Positions 35,726-45,006 of a stretch of 52,815 nt of DNA are shown piece after piece; position 1 is the stretch's first letter; each line of letters begins with the position of its first letter. A program made the position numbers and the translations under genes. Under the pieces are notes generated by a model, which was not told the DNA's origin, searched no databases, and saw only the letters and a list, made by a program, of their open reading frames with translations. The DNA lies in the IMG/VR virus record IMGVR_UViG_3300042868_004895, positions 1 to 52,815 of that record, one strand, 5' to 3'. The stretch is from a virus (lineage: Duplodnaviria > Caudoviricetes).

Positions 35726-36379
35726 TTAAGCCTCCTTACGCACAGCGGTTCGGTCGAGTATCTTGGCGAGGTCTTCGCCGTTCAACATGCCAGCCGCGCG
35801 GTCGTACATATTTTGCCATACAGGGATGCGCTCGTCGTTCTTCAGGAATGGCGTCGCCTCTAAGAGGGTGGCGTACAGAAGTATTTCAGGCGCGTTTTCA
35901 GTGAGCCAGTTTGTTTGCGCCTCCTCGTCGAGGAGCGGCGGCAACTGGTAGTATAGGATCTCGATAGGGTAGTCTACGTCCGGCGTCGGAGCGACAAGCC
36001 AGTGATTATAGTCATAATCGCTGTAGAATACCGGCTGTCCGGTTTCGGTGGCGTCTGGCCAGTAGCTGCGCAAATAATCGTAGCTGCGGGTATACAGGGC
36101 CGTGCGGCTGTTGTTACTCGCGCCGGTGCCGATGAACACGGACACAGTGTCGCGCCACCGGTCGGGTTTAGTTACGACGGGATTGCCTGCGGCGAGCTGC
36201 GTGGTGACCACGTTGATGAAGCCCTGTATCTTCAACTCGCGAGCGATGCGGCGCTCGGCGAGGTTGATTAGACGCGGGATTTGCTCGAAGACGATAGGGT
36301 CGGACGCAAGCGTGTCGCCGCGCTCAAGGTAGCGCTGCACGTCTTGTTTCAACGTCGTGAATGTCATCGCAGTGGCCAT
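35726..36379 (-). CDS. Head-tail adaptor-type structural protein
   Basis: INLAERRIAREL, VAPTPD, TNWLT..PEILLYATLLEA. Confidence 0.65.
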   Translation of the reverse strand: MATAMTFTTLKQDVQRYLERGDTLASDPIVFEQIPRLINLAERRIARELKIQGFINVVTTQLAAGNPVVTKPDRWRDTVSVFIGTGASNNSRTALYTRSYDYLRSYWPDATETGQPVFYSDYDYNHWLVAPTPDVDYPIEILYYQLPPLLDEEAQTNWLTENAPEILLYATLLEATPFLKNDERIPVWQNMYDRAAGMLNGEDLAKILDRTAVRKEA

Positions 36380-36418
36380 AACGTGCCCCTATAACAGATT
36401 TAACGCATAATAACAGCC

Positions 36419-36441
36419 TTCGCCGCGACTAGCGCGGCGAA
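36419..36441. terminator. Hairpin, probable terminator
   Basis: TTCGCCGCG-ACTAG-CGCGGCGAA after the lysis genes; the T-rich run is on the + side. Confidence 0.55.
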
Positions 36442-36449
36442 TTTGTTGT

Positions 36450-36635
36450 TTACCCGGCGAGGTACTGCGAAAGCAGTGTCGCGCCTGTGGCAATCGTGGC
36501 AAGTATGGCCGCAGCCTTGGCTTTCCAACCGAGGGCGGGCTTCGCTTCGCCGTCCATCGGCAAGATTTTGCCGACGGCTTTCTTGAGGATTGCCTTCTCG
36601 GCTTCTTTTTGGATAAGTTTCTTTAGATTAAGCAT
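36450..36635 (-). CDS. Small membrane protein, lysis-associated candidate
   Basis: 61 aa, AAGGAG RBS, C-terminal hydrophobic helix; follows the endolysin. Confidence 0.65.
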   Translation of the reverse strand: MLNLKKLIQKEAEKAILKKAVGKILPMDGEAKPALGWKAKAAAILATIATGATLLSQYLAG

Positions 36636-36646
36636 AATCGTTCTCC

Positions 36647-37261
36647 TTAGAGCCAAGTAGCATACTTCTTGGTCTTAGCTTTGCGGTCCTCGAGGCCATG
36701 TGTGCCCCCGTTGATCCGCTTCGTCAGTGCGAGGATGGCAGCGTCATTGATGCCCTGATCGCAAATCGACCACAGCTTGTTTGCGTCGAAGAACCACAGG
36801 GCGCTTTCAAAGCCCAGTTCGGTTGCGACGAGGTCTGGATTGTCCAAAATCTCCTGTTCGCGACCAATGTACCGACCGAATGCGCGGTAATTGTTCTTGC
36901 CCGTGAGTTGGAGGGGGCCTCGGCCTTTGTATGCGAAACCGTCGCCTGACGCCTCATCGCCGTTGCCCATGCGGTTAGCATAGACACGGTTAGCAATCTT
37001 GGCTGGCTGACGCTCGTAAGCCTTGGCCATTGCGTCGGTTGGGAAATACTTCCCGAAGATGCTGCGCAAACCCTTTGCGCTATAGTTCAGGTTCTCGCTG
37101 AACGATTTGAAGTTGCCGCTTTCGTGCGCCGTCTGGGCGAAGAAATGCGCGGCGCGGTTCTTGTTCAGCTTGAAGTGCGCGCAGGCGGATTTCAATGTCC
37201 CCGGACCGAACGCGCCATCTGGATGGCAGCCACATTTATCTTGAAGGTTCATTAAGCTCAT
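36647..37261 (-). CDS. GH19 (chitinase-class) endolysin
   Basis: AHFFAQTAHESGNF, ENLNYS, YKGRGPLQLTGKNNY, TKRINGG; N-terminal DGAFGPGT. Confidence 0.92.
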   Translation of the reverse strand: MSLMNLQDKCGCHPDGAFGPGTLKSACAHFKLNKNRAAHFFAQTAHESGNFKSFSENLNYSAKGLRSIFGKYFPTDAMAKAYERQPAKIANRVYANRMGNGDEASGDGFAYKGRGPLQLTGKNNYRAFGRYIGREQEILDNPDLVATELGFESALWFFDANKLWSICDQGINDAAILALTKRINGGTHGLEDRKAKTKKYATWL

Positions 37262-37731
37262 TTGCCAGCACTCCGCCAATCAGGAAAGTCAAGTTCATCG
37301 ACAACGCCGTCGCCGTTGGCATCGTAGCGCAGGTCACCGCGATACTTCTCCCAAGGCTCCATGTCGTCATCATCGTCATCTTCAAGCTCGTCGACGGGGG
37401 CGTCGACAGGCTGCATTTCCGGCGTCAGGTCGAGCGGCGCGGGCGGTGGCGAAGCAGGCTCTTCTGGCTCAGGGTCGTTGCGGTCTTCAGGGGGTGGTGG
37501 AACCAACTCGCCCTTCATGCCCATCAACGTGGCGTAGGAGCCAGCCACAGCGCCGACAACCGAAGTCATGACGTATGACAGCAAGCCGAACACGTCCTTG
37601 TTGTCGATGATTTCGTTCGACACGAACAGGCCAACAATCATGGCACAGGTGATCGCGACGATGACGAAGGCCATCGTGCGGGCGGCAAGCCATAGCGCCT
37701 TAATGCGCGCATCAAGCAGTTTATCTTCCAT
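37258..37731 (-). CDS. Two-TM membrane protein (holin candidate) with a C-terminal EF-hand/dockerin-like loop
   Basis: Two hydrophobic helices, Pro/acidic linker, DANGDGVVDELD. Confidence 0.6.
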   Translation of the reverse strand: MEDKLLDARIKALWLAARTMAFVIVAITCAMIVGLFVSNEIIDNKDVFGLLSYVMTSVVGAVAGSYATLMGMKGELVPPPPEDRNDPEPEEPASPPPAPLDLTPEMQPVDAPVDELEDDDDDDMEPWEKYRGDLRYDANGDGVVDELDFPDWRSAGK

Positions 37732-37733
37732 CT

Positions 37734-38255
37734 TTAGTCCTTTCCGGCCAGCGGGTTCGCCAGCGTCTTTTGAATACGTGCAGCAGTCTCAGTCTCAAGT
37801 TCCTTGATCCGGCGCTGTTGCTCCCTGTCCTGCTCACGCAGTTGGTCTATGATAGCGCGCTGCATCGACATGTTTTGCGCGTCGCTGTTTCTAACACTGC
37901 TCGACACTGCGTCAACGGTCTGGCGCGTTGCGCCCACGCTGCTGGAGATCGAGCCGGTCAGGTAGTTCAGGGCTTCGCTATTGCCTTTGGTCAGACGTTC
38001 GACGCTCGTGACGCGCTCGTCCAATACCGAAATGCGGCCTTCAATGCCCGATAGGTCGGGCGGCACGTAGGCCGCCGTGACTTCCTGCATCGTCAGGAAT
38101 TGCTGATACACTTGGAAACCGGCCCACAGACCGCCGAGGATTGTGGAGAATGCAGCAAAGATAATGGCTATCTTGCCGCTGCTTAGGCCACCAATGTTAA
38201 AGCTGAAGCCGCTTTCGTCGAAAGAGACTTTGGGCTCCTCATCTGTACTGCTCAT
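37734..38255 (-). CDS. Single-TM coiled-coil protein
   Basis: IAIIFAAFSTILGGLWAGF followed by coiled coil ending LANPL. Confidence 0.7.
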   Translation of the reverse strand: MSSTDEEPKVSFDESGFSFNIGGLSSGKIAIIFAAFSTILGGLWAGFQVYQQFLTMQEVTAAYVPPDLSGIEGRISVLDERVTSVERLTKGNSEALNYLTGSISSSVGATRQTVDAVSSSVRNSDAQNMSMQRAIIDQLREQDREQQRRIKELETETAARIQKTLANPLAGKD

Positions 38256-39699
38256 CTACCATCTCCTGCCAACGGGCATCGTTCGTCTGCATCATACGAT
38301 ACATCTCAAAGTTTGCGTCTTGCAGCCTACGTCTGCGGTATATATCACGAATTGCGTAAAAGTCAGCCCTATCTTGCAATGACGCCTGCGTGTACGCGGC
38401 GAAGCCCGGTACGGCTCCCATCGCTGCGATGGTTTCGCTCTCCCCCTCGGACATGCCGCTTTCGGTCTGAGGCGCGTTTCCGCCTGTGGCCGAGGGCTGG
38501 GACGAACCGAGGCCCAGCGCCTCGACCGTGTTGGACACAGACATCGGACTGCCCGCCGAGATCGCCATGTCCAATGGCGACGATCCTTGCGACGCAGACA
38601 TGCTCGGCCCCTGCACAAACGATCCGCCGAATGCGTTATCGAAGCGCACCTGCACCGTGAACGTGCCCGACGCCGATGCGTCCTGTGTCTCTTGCATGGT
38701 GCCAGTTTGCGTTTGCAGACCGCCCTGCGCCTGTTGCGCTTCCTGCGTGGCGACATCCTGCTGCTGCGCGCTGGCTTCAAAGTCCGGGTTGACTGCGGCC
38801 AACGCAGCGACCTCGTCAGGGTCAAGCCGCTCATCCGCGTCGGCCTCTGCCGCACTGACATCTGCAACAGCCGCAGTCTCGTCTACGGCCTCATCAAGTT
38901 CTTCTGCGACTTCGATGGTGTCCGCAACCTCCTCAGCCCGCTCCAGCGCAATCTCCGCCACCTCTTGCACCTGCTCCACCTCCTCCGGTGCGAGGGTCAC
39001 GCTCTGCTCAACAGCTTCGGCAATCGCGGCCACGGGGTCAGGTATCGCGTCGATACTGATTGGCGGACAGCTTGGGTCCATAGGCGTCACGTTACAGTCA
39101 ACGGTAGCGGCGGGCGCAATCCACGACAGGATGCCCGACTGGTTCTGGAGGAACTGCGCGTTGCGCCCATAGAAAAGCTGGATGTTGTCGTCCGCAGTTG
39201 GGCCGGTGATGCCTGCGGTGAAAGTGTGGCCCCCATTAAAGCCCAAATTGCCGTAATTCAGTTGTATCTTGCCGTCGGCAAAGAGGCCGATCTCGAAGGT
39301 GCTGCTGTTGTTCGTGCCGTATTCGTTTACGCCATACCAGCCGAAGAGGATCGAACCGTTTTCGCGGCGGTAATAGGGGTTGCCAGTAAAGCTGATTAGG
39401 TCTGACCAGTAGGCGTAAATGGTGTTGCGCTGCGCCAGCTCTATAGGCCGCCCATCGCAGCATAAATGCGCCCCGCTTTGAAACGACACAAAGCCGTTGC
39501 TCGACACCCAAGCGTCTGTGAATGTCTGGCCCCAATATTCAAACTCAAAGCCAAGAGCCACGTTCTGCGTGTTATCGTCCCCCAAATTAAGGGGTGTCAT
39601 CGTTGTTGGAACACCGTTGATTTGCGGCGGGATTAGGGCAGGCTCGTAGGTCTGCGCACGCAGAGGCGTTGCGCAAGTCAGCAGGAGAGCCACCCGCAA
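38239..39699 (-). CDS. Exported protein with a nidogen(NIDO)-like N-terminal domain
   Basis: Signal-like RVALLLTCATPLRA/QTY; LGDD..LGFEFEYWGQTF..VSSNGFVSF. Start uncertain; TTG at 39699 chosen. Confidence 0.65.
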   Translation of the reverse strand: MRVALLLTCATPLRAQTYEPALIPPQINGVPTTMTPLNLGDDNTQNVALGFEFEYWGQTFTDAWVSSNGFVSFQSGAHLCCDGRPIELAQRNTIYAYWSDLISFTGNPYYRRENGSILFGWYGVNEYGTNNSSTFEIGLFADGKIQLNYGNLGFNGGHTFTAGITGPTADDNIQLFYGRNAQFLQNQSGILSWIAPAATVDCNVTPMDPSCPPISIDAIPDPVAAIAEAVEQSVTLAPEEVEQVQEVAEIALERAEEVADTIEVAEELDEAVDETAAVADVSAAEADADERLDPDEVAALAAVNPDFEASAQQQDVATQEAQQAQGGLQTQTGTMQETQDASASGTFTVQVRFDNAFGGSFVQGPSMSASQGSSPLDMAISAGSPMSVSNTVEALGLGSSQPSATGGNAPQTESGMSEGESETIAAMGAVPGFAAYTQASLQDRADFYAIRDIYRRRRLQDANFEMYRMMQTNDARWQEMVDEQYR

Positions 39700-39709
39700 A
39701 GCGTATGTC

Positions 39710-40582
39710 TTAATCTTTGACAGGGCGAAGCTCGACGTTTTCGGTCCACGCGGCGCGGGCTTCCTCGCCAATCAATCCCAAGAATGGGCACGGTGTTCCG
39801 GCCATCTCCATTGCCCTAAAGACGCGGAAGTCTTGGCACAGGAGGCTCACAGCGGCAACGCGCATGCCCATGTCGTACAGGGTCTTCGACAGCTTCATGC
39901 GTTCGCAGTTCTGGTCACGCACAGTGCGGCCAGCCGACAGGCCGATGATCTGCGTCTGCACCGCGCCAGACTGGCCGGTGGTGCAAAGGTCTTGACTGTA
40001 GGACATCATCGACGGTGCAATGGCACTGGGAGGCGGCGACTTAATGTTCTGGTCAATTACCTGCCGCGATACGTTTTCACTGTAGCTGGTGGACTTGCTG
40101 TCATTCACGTTGACGTTGTTGTTCTGGTTGACGTTGTTGCTCGTCTGATTGATTGTGTCGCTGTTGATGTTGCGGTTGGTATTGTTGGCCGTGCTGTTCA
40201 CGCTCTGGTTGATCGTGCTGTTGCTCGTGTCGGTATTGATATTCCGATTGGTGTTGTCGGACGTACTGGCCGATGTATTCTGGTTGATGTTGGTCATCGT
40301 CCCAGAGTTGATATTATAGTTTGTGTTCGTGTTAGCGGACGTGTTTTGGTTGATATTGGTCATCGTGCCGGAGTTGATATTCTGGTTCACGTTCGTGTTG
40401 GTGTTCGTGCTGGTGGACGTGTTGGTATTCGTGTTCGTGCTGGTGGACGTGTTGGTATTGTTCGACGTGCTGTTCGTCGTCGTGTCGTAGACATACGACG
40501 TCGGCGCAGGGGCCGCCTGCGCAAACACGAGGGAGGTCGCGCTAATGGCGGCCACAAAACCAAACAGAAACCGCTTCATCAC
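39710..40582 (-). CDS. Exported protein with Asn/Thr repeats and a Cys-containing C-terminal domain
   Basis: Signal peptide MMKRFLFGFVAAISATSLVFA; NTNT repeats; SPPPSAIAP..DLC..NCER..LLCQD..GTPCP. Confidence 0.75.
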   Translation of the reverse strand: MMKRFLFGFVAAISATSLVFAQAAPAPTSYVYDTTTNSTSNNTNTSTSTNTNTNTSTSTNTNTNVNQNINSGTMTNINQNTSANTNTNYNINSGTMTNINQNTSASTSDNTNRNINTDTSNSTINQSVNSTANNTNRNINSDTINQTSNNVNQNNNVNVNDSKSTSYSENVSRQVIDQNIKSPPPSAIAPSMMSYSQDLCTTGQSGAVQTQIIGLSAGRTVRDQNCERMKLSKTLYDMGMRVAAVSLLCQDFRVFRAMEMAGTPCPFLGLIGEEARAAWTENVELRPVKD

Positions 40583-40791
40583 CGATCCGCCTTGTTGTCT
40601 AATTTGTCCTCGATCCGGCGCAGGTGCATCATCACCTCGTCGAACTTCTTGTCGATGGCGTTGAACTTCTCGTCACCAAAGCCGAGACGCGCCTCAAGCA
40701 GCGTCAGACGGCTGTTGAGGTTCACCCACACGGTGATGAGGCCGCCGATAAAGGCGAGCACAGTGACGATGCTGACGAGGTCGAGGTCCAT
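40579..40791 (-). CDS. Small TM plus coiled-coil protein (holin-like)
   Basis: N-terminal TM; RIEDKLD. Confidence 0.65.
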   Translation of the reverse strand: MDLDLVSIVTVLAFIGGLITVWVNLNSRLTLLEARLGFGDEKFNAIDKKFDEVMMHLRRIEDKLDNKADR

Positions 40792-41153
40792 TATTTCAGG
40801 TTCCGCAGCTTGTATATGGTGGTCAGATACGTGTCTGTGACGCCGTCAACCAGATTGCCCACAGCGCGGTTGCCCTTGCATATCTCTTCGTGATGCTCTT
40901 CAATCCAGTCCGCGTCGGCCTCTAGGAGCTTCAGCACGTCGCGTTCGGTCACCTTTGGCGCGGGTATGTTGCCAATCAGCTCGAACGCGCCTTGGTACGC
41001 TTCCACGAGCTTGTCGATGGCGTCGATCACGTCGTCGTAGAAGTCGCCCAGTGACATGTGCTTGGCGTAGCTGCCGTCGCCCTTCGCGCGCCAGTGCTCG
41101 AAGTGTGCGACGTTGCGTGCATAAAACACGCGGCTGATAAGTTCCTCGATCAC
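40791..41153 (-). CDS. Ferritin/Dps-like four-helix protein (DUF5856-like)
   Basis: AHFEHW..SYAKH..LGDFYD..D.LVEAYQG..YKL; GTG start overlapping the upstream TGA. Confidence 0.75.
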   Translation of the reverse strand: MIEELISRVFYARNVAHFEHWRAKGDGSYAKHMSLGDFYDDVIDAIDKLVEAYQGAFELIGNIPAPKVTERDVLKLLEADADWIEEHHEEICKGNRAVGNLVDGVTDTYLTTIYKLRNLK

Positions 41154-41509
41154 GACCCTGTTCCTTCTGCGACTTCTACCCAAGCCAATGTGGCTTCGTC
41201 CCAACGATATGGCTTGCCGTCATCCGGATATGCTGTTGGCGCATCCCACAGGCAGGTTTCTTCGTTCAGCGTCCATGATGGGAATGGTTTAGGCGGGATA
41301 AATGCGTCGCGGCCCGCATCGTAAGTGTAGCCAATGCCAGCATAGTTTTTACGCAGCGGGCGTCCTTCGGGGTGTTGTCCGCCGTGCGTGTTGTACGATG
41401 TCTGCACGAATAGCGCAGGGTCACCAAATAGGCCCGTGTCGATAACATCCTGCTCGATGACCAGAACCTCGGTGACGATGCCGTCGATAACTTTTGCAAA
41501 GTGGCTCAT
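41150..41509 (-). CDS. Fibre-associated small protein, copy 2
   Basis: MSHFAKV..QTSYNT..RKNYAGIGYTYD; paralogue of 45007-45360. Confidence 0.8.
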   Translation of the reverse strand: MSHFAKVIDGIVTEVLVIEQDVIDTGLFGDPALFVQTSYNTHGGQHPEGRPLRKNYAGIGYTYDAGRDAFIPPKPFPSWTLNEETCLWDAPTAYPDDGKPYRWDEATLAWVEVAEGTGS

Positions 41510-43308
41510 GCCGTGTAACTCCCAGATGAATTAAATTGAAGTATGGTGTTTGCACCAGAGGTTGTGACCACAGGCGAACCTGTTGTCGTGCCGGTGTAGA
41601 AAGCTGTTGGTACTGAAATTATGACCACGCCCGAACCGCCAGTAGTCGATCCACCAGCACCACCGTTACCTGTATTAGCTGTCCCAGCAGAACCTGTGCG
41701 AGAGCCACCTACCGCACGGGTAACTGATGTCCCTGTTATTGACGAAGCCAATCCGATGCCGCCAGCACCGCCCGCCGCGCTAGAGGCACCCGCGCCACCC
41801 GCACCGCCGCCACCGGCGGCAGTATTAGCCCCCGATGAGGTTCCCCCTGCGTTACCAAAACCACCTGATGCAGATGTAGGCTGTGTAGCCGCGCCACCAG
41901 CGATTGTACCGCCGCCGCCAGCGACAGTGGCACCACCGCCGGACCCACCTGACTGACCAGCGGAAAAGCCGCTACTGCCGCCGCCACCGCCGCCTAGTGC
42001 AGTTAACGAAAGCGCCGCCACAGTTGAGTTAGTGCCGTTACCAGCCGGAAAGCTGGTGTTAAATGGAACAGAGCCTCCAGCGCCAACATTTACTGAGTAT
42101 GTTATACCCCTAAACAATGTTTGAGTAGAAGGGAGGTAGCCACCCGCACCGCCGCCGCCGCCGATACCGCTATTAGTACCGCCGCCGCCACCGCCAGCAA
42201 TAACCAACATGTCTGCGCTGTAAAAAATACCACCACCGACAGCCGCAGTATACGACCCTGACGCTGTAAAGGTTAAAACGGCGTTATTACCCGCCCGCAC
42301 AATCGCTGGAGAGCCGGTGCGCGTGCCACTATATTCCGACAAGGGAACAGAAATGACAACTACGCTACCCTTACCAGCAGACCCCGCCTGAAACGTGCTA
42401 CTGTCGATGTAGTAGCCGCCATCGCCGCCAGCGCCATAGTAAACTGGTGCACCTGTAATTGTAGAAAGCAGTCCTATACCACCTTGCCCAACGCCGTTAT
42501 ATCCAGAGCCGTTTCCACCCGCGCCACCCGCGCCACCGCCGCCACCGCCAGATGTGAAATATGAAGTGCCGTCATAGTAGTAGTTCTGCAAGCCTTCTGG
42601 AATACTTGCGTTACTGCGTGCCGCGCTTGATGAACGCGCCAATATTGTGGTAGACCCAGACAGGCTTGAGTTAGCACCCGCGTTTCCGCCGGAGCCTTGC
42701 GCACCAACAGTTACGGTAAGAACACCAAGCTCAAAGTTTGACGCACCTGTTACAACGCCGCCGCCACCACCGCCGCCATAGGCTCCTGTATTACCAGCGC
42801 CCCCGCCGACAACGACGTAATTAACCAGACCGGCTTGAACAACGCCTACTATGGCTTCCCAGCTATTGGTATCTACCTTGACCAACTGCCCTGTTGCACC
42901 AGCCGGAACAACAGGAGAAGTAACAGCAACCGCGCTACCTTCGGGGAACACAGAAACACCCGCCCCCGACAGCAGGATGCTTGTCGTGCCTTGGTTAACA
43001 ATCGTGATTAACGTGCCTATCGGAAAAGCAACCGACGCATTTGCCGGAATTGTAATTGTCTGTGCGCCAGTGTTGGCGGAATAGATGTGCTTGCCAGCGT
43101 CAGCCAGCACCAGCGTGTAGTTACCACTCTGGATGTTCTGCGGGTATGCCACCACTGCCGAGGCAGATGTCCAGTTTGTGCCGTCGCTGGTCAGGATGTT
43201 ACCGGCAGTACCGGGTGAAGTTAAGCCTGTTCCTCCGTTGGTAACAGGCAGAGTGCCTGAAGCCGTGGATACGCTTACTGGAGGAATTATACTTGAGAGT
43301 GTAGCCAT
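41506..43308 (-). CDS. Glycine-rich tail fibre/adhesin
   Basis: Two Gly-rich domains (..GGSGVVI..F..SG) and a YTLVLADAGKH module. Confidence 0.75.
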   Translation of the reverse strand: MATLSSIIPPVSVSTASGTLPVTNGGTGLTSPGTAGNILTSDGTNWTSASAVVAYPQNIQSGNYTLVLADAGKHIYSANTGAQTITIPANASVAFPIGTLITIVNQGTTSILLSGAGVSVFPEGSAVAVTSPVVPAGATGQLVKVDTNSWEAIVGVVQAGLVNYVVVGGGAGNTGAYGGGGGGGVVTGASNFELGVLTVTVGAQGSGGNAGANSSLSGSTTILARSSSAARSNASIPEGLQNYYYDGTSYFTSGGGGGGAGGAGGNGSGYNGVGQGGIGLLSTITGAPVYYGAGGDGGYYIDSSTFQAGSAGKGSVVVISVPLSEYSGTRTGSPAIVRAGNNAVLTFTASGSYTAAVGGGIFYSADMLVIAGGGGGGTNSGIGGGGGAGGYLPSTQTLFRGITYSVNVGAGGSVPFNTSFPAGNGTNSTVAALSLTALGGGGGGSSGFSAGQSGGSGGGATVAGGGGTIAGGAATQPTSASGGFGNAGGTSSGANTAAGGGGAGGAGASSAAGGAGGIGLASSITGTSVTRAVGGSRTGSAGTANTGNGGAGGSTTGGSGVVIISVPTAFYTGTTTGSPVVTTSGANTILQFNSSGSYTA

Positions 43309-43358
43309 ACTTATGCGCCTTCGTTAGTAATAGTCATCACAAAAGTTCCTCTACATGC

Positions 43359-43922
43359 CTATACCGTAAGCCACAGATCGACACCTTGGCTGTCAATGCC
43401 ACTTCCAGCATAAACACTGCCATCCGTAGTTATAGAAGCGTAAAAATTTGGGTATAGGCCGCTCGTAACATGGCTGTATACGCTACCTACGAGGGGAGTA
43501 CTAGAGTATCCTGATGTATATATTGACGCGCCGCTAACACACCCGAACCCTAAGTCTATGCTATAATAATCGTAACCACCCTCGCTAGACCCAGATATGG
43601 GCGACGTGGACAACTTGCCTCCAATAAACACTTCTGAAACAGCCTGTAGGTTGCTGTAGGTAGTGCCGCCTAAAGCCGACCCAGCAGTGTCCGATGAGCT
43701 ATCTCCCGGCCATGACGTGCCGTATATATAGGCGCTTCCGAGATATATCCCTTTGAGACCATTGTAGCCATTTGTCACGGTAAATTGGACGGCCGTGGGG
43801 GCGTTCGGGCTTTTTAAGAAATACGATTGCCCTACAACTGTTTCAGCCGAAAACTGGGCAAGAGACGTAATAACAGCCGCTCCGCCTTTAGCCCCTGCTA
43901 GGACGCATAGTACCCCTGTCAT
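43359..43922 (-). CDS. Putative fibre-tip/receptor-binding protein
   Basis: MTGVLCVLAG; S/G/Y-rich; AT-rich DNA; ATGA overlap with the upstream fibre. Confidence 0.6.
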   Translation of the reverse strand: MTGVLCVLAGAKGGAAVITSLAQFSAETVVGQSYFLKSPNAPTAVQFTVTNGYNGLKGIYLGSAYIYGTSWPGDSSSDTAGSALGGTTYSNLQAVSEVFIGGKLSTSPISGSSEGGYDYYSIDLGFGCVSGASIYTSGYSSTPLVGSVYSHVTSGLYPNFYASITTDGSVYAGSGIDSQGVDLWLTV

Positions 43923-45004
43923 GTCACGTTGCCCGTCGCCACCCATACTGTCGAGGTTACTTTGACCAGTGTTGCAAGGCCGTATTGGGCTAGTGTGCGC
44001 GAACCTGTGCTGGCCGCACCCGCTAGGCGCAAGGTATCCGTCGTGATACTGATTGTCTGGTTACTGCCACTGTTGTTGAATACCACAATGGTTGCCCCGA
44101 TAGGGAACGCAACGGAAGCGTTTGCGGGGATAACCACGCCGCCTGTCGTGATGCTGATGTGCTTGCCCTGATCGGCCAGTGCCAGTGTGTACGACGCCGT
44201 CTGGCTGTTCTGCGGCAAGCCGCGATAGCCTATGGTGGCTGCGGTAATAGTGCCTGTCGCGGTAATTGTTACGTCTTGGTCGAGTGCGGTTATGTCCGTA
44301 TTTGCGCCTGACGCGGCAGCGCCGAGGGCTGTTAAGGCCGCTCCTGCTGTGGTCGCGCCTGTACCGCCGTTGGCGATAGGCAGCGTACCGGAGACTTCAG
44401 ATGTAAGGCTAACGGTTCCAGCAGTGAAAGCCGAGGTGCCATTACCTTTAACAACACCCGTGAGCGTAGTCGCGCCCGTACCGCCGCGTGAGACATTCAG
44501 CGTGCCGGTAGTCTGACTGTTAATATCTATTGCCGCCGCGCCTGCACCGCCGACCTGCGCGAATACGTTCCAAGTCGTGCCGCTATAGACAAACTGGACA
44601 CTGACGCTGGAAATATCGCAGACGAGATTTTCGGACAAACCCTCGATGGTGGATCCGTTGCGGCCAACCGTGAGGTTGTTCGTGGCCCACGACGCTGCGG
44701 TGTCAACGACAAACACCTGATCGCCTACAGCCGGAGTGGCTGGAAGCGTAACCGTGAAGGCTCCGCCACTGGTGTTGGTCTGCACACCCTCGTCGGCAGC
44801 GGCGGTATAGTTAGACGTTTTGACCGTAGTGTACGTTATACCGCCGCCAGACGGAACTTGCGACACCCACGCGGTGCCGTCGCTGGTAAGGACATTACCC
44901 GTAGTGCCCGGTGAGGTTAAGCCCGTGCCGCCATTACCCGCAGGCAATGTGCCCGTTGGTGCCGATACGTTTACCGGCGGGAGAATGTCTGAAAGGATGG
45001 TCAT
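43919..45004 (-). CDS. Short tail fibre-like protein
   Basis: Start MTILSDILPP; modules shared with 45370-49167. Confidence 0.75.
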   Translation of the reverse strand: MTILSDILPPVNVSAPTGTLPAGNGGTGLTSPGTTGNVLTSDGTAWVSQVPSGGGITYTTVKTSNYTAAADEGVQTNTSGGAFTVTLPATPAVGDQVFVVDTAASWATNNLTVGRNGSTIEGLSENLVCDISSVSVQFVYSGTTWNVFAQVGGAGAAAIDINSQTTGTLNVSRGGTGATTLTGVVKGNGTSAFTAGTVSLTSEVSGTLPIANGGTGATTAGAALTALGAAASGANTDITALDQDVTITATGTITAATIGYRGLPQNSQTASYTLALADQGKHISITTGGVVIPANASVAFPIGATIVVFNNSGSNQTISITTDTLRLAGAASTGSRTLAQYGLATLVKVTSTVWVATGNVT

Positions 45005-45006
45005 AG

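Noticed and set aside
33763-35729. Long plus-strand ORFs opposite the fibre genes (also 47618-48445)
   Set aside because: Mirror frames of Gly/Thr/Ala repeats.
39699-39771. Programmed frameshift joining the two exported proteins
   Set aside because: No slippery heptamer; the downstream gene has its own signal-like sequence and a possible TTG start.
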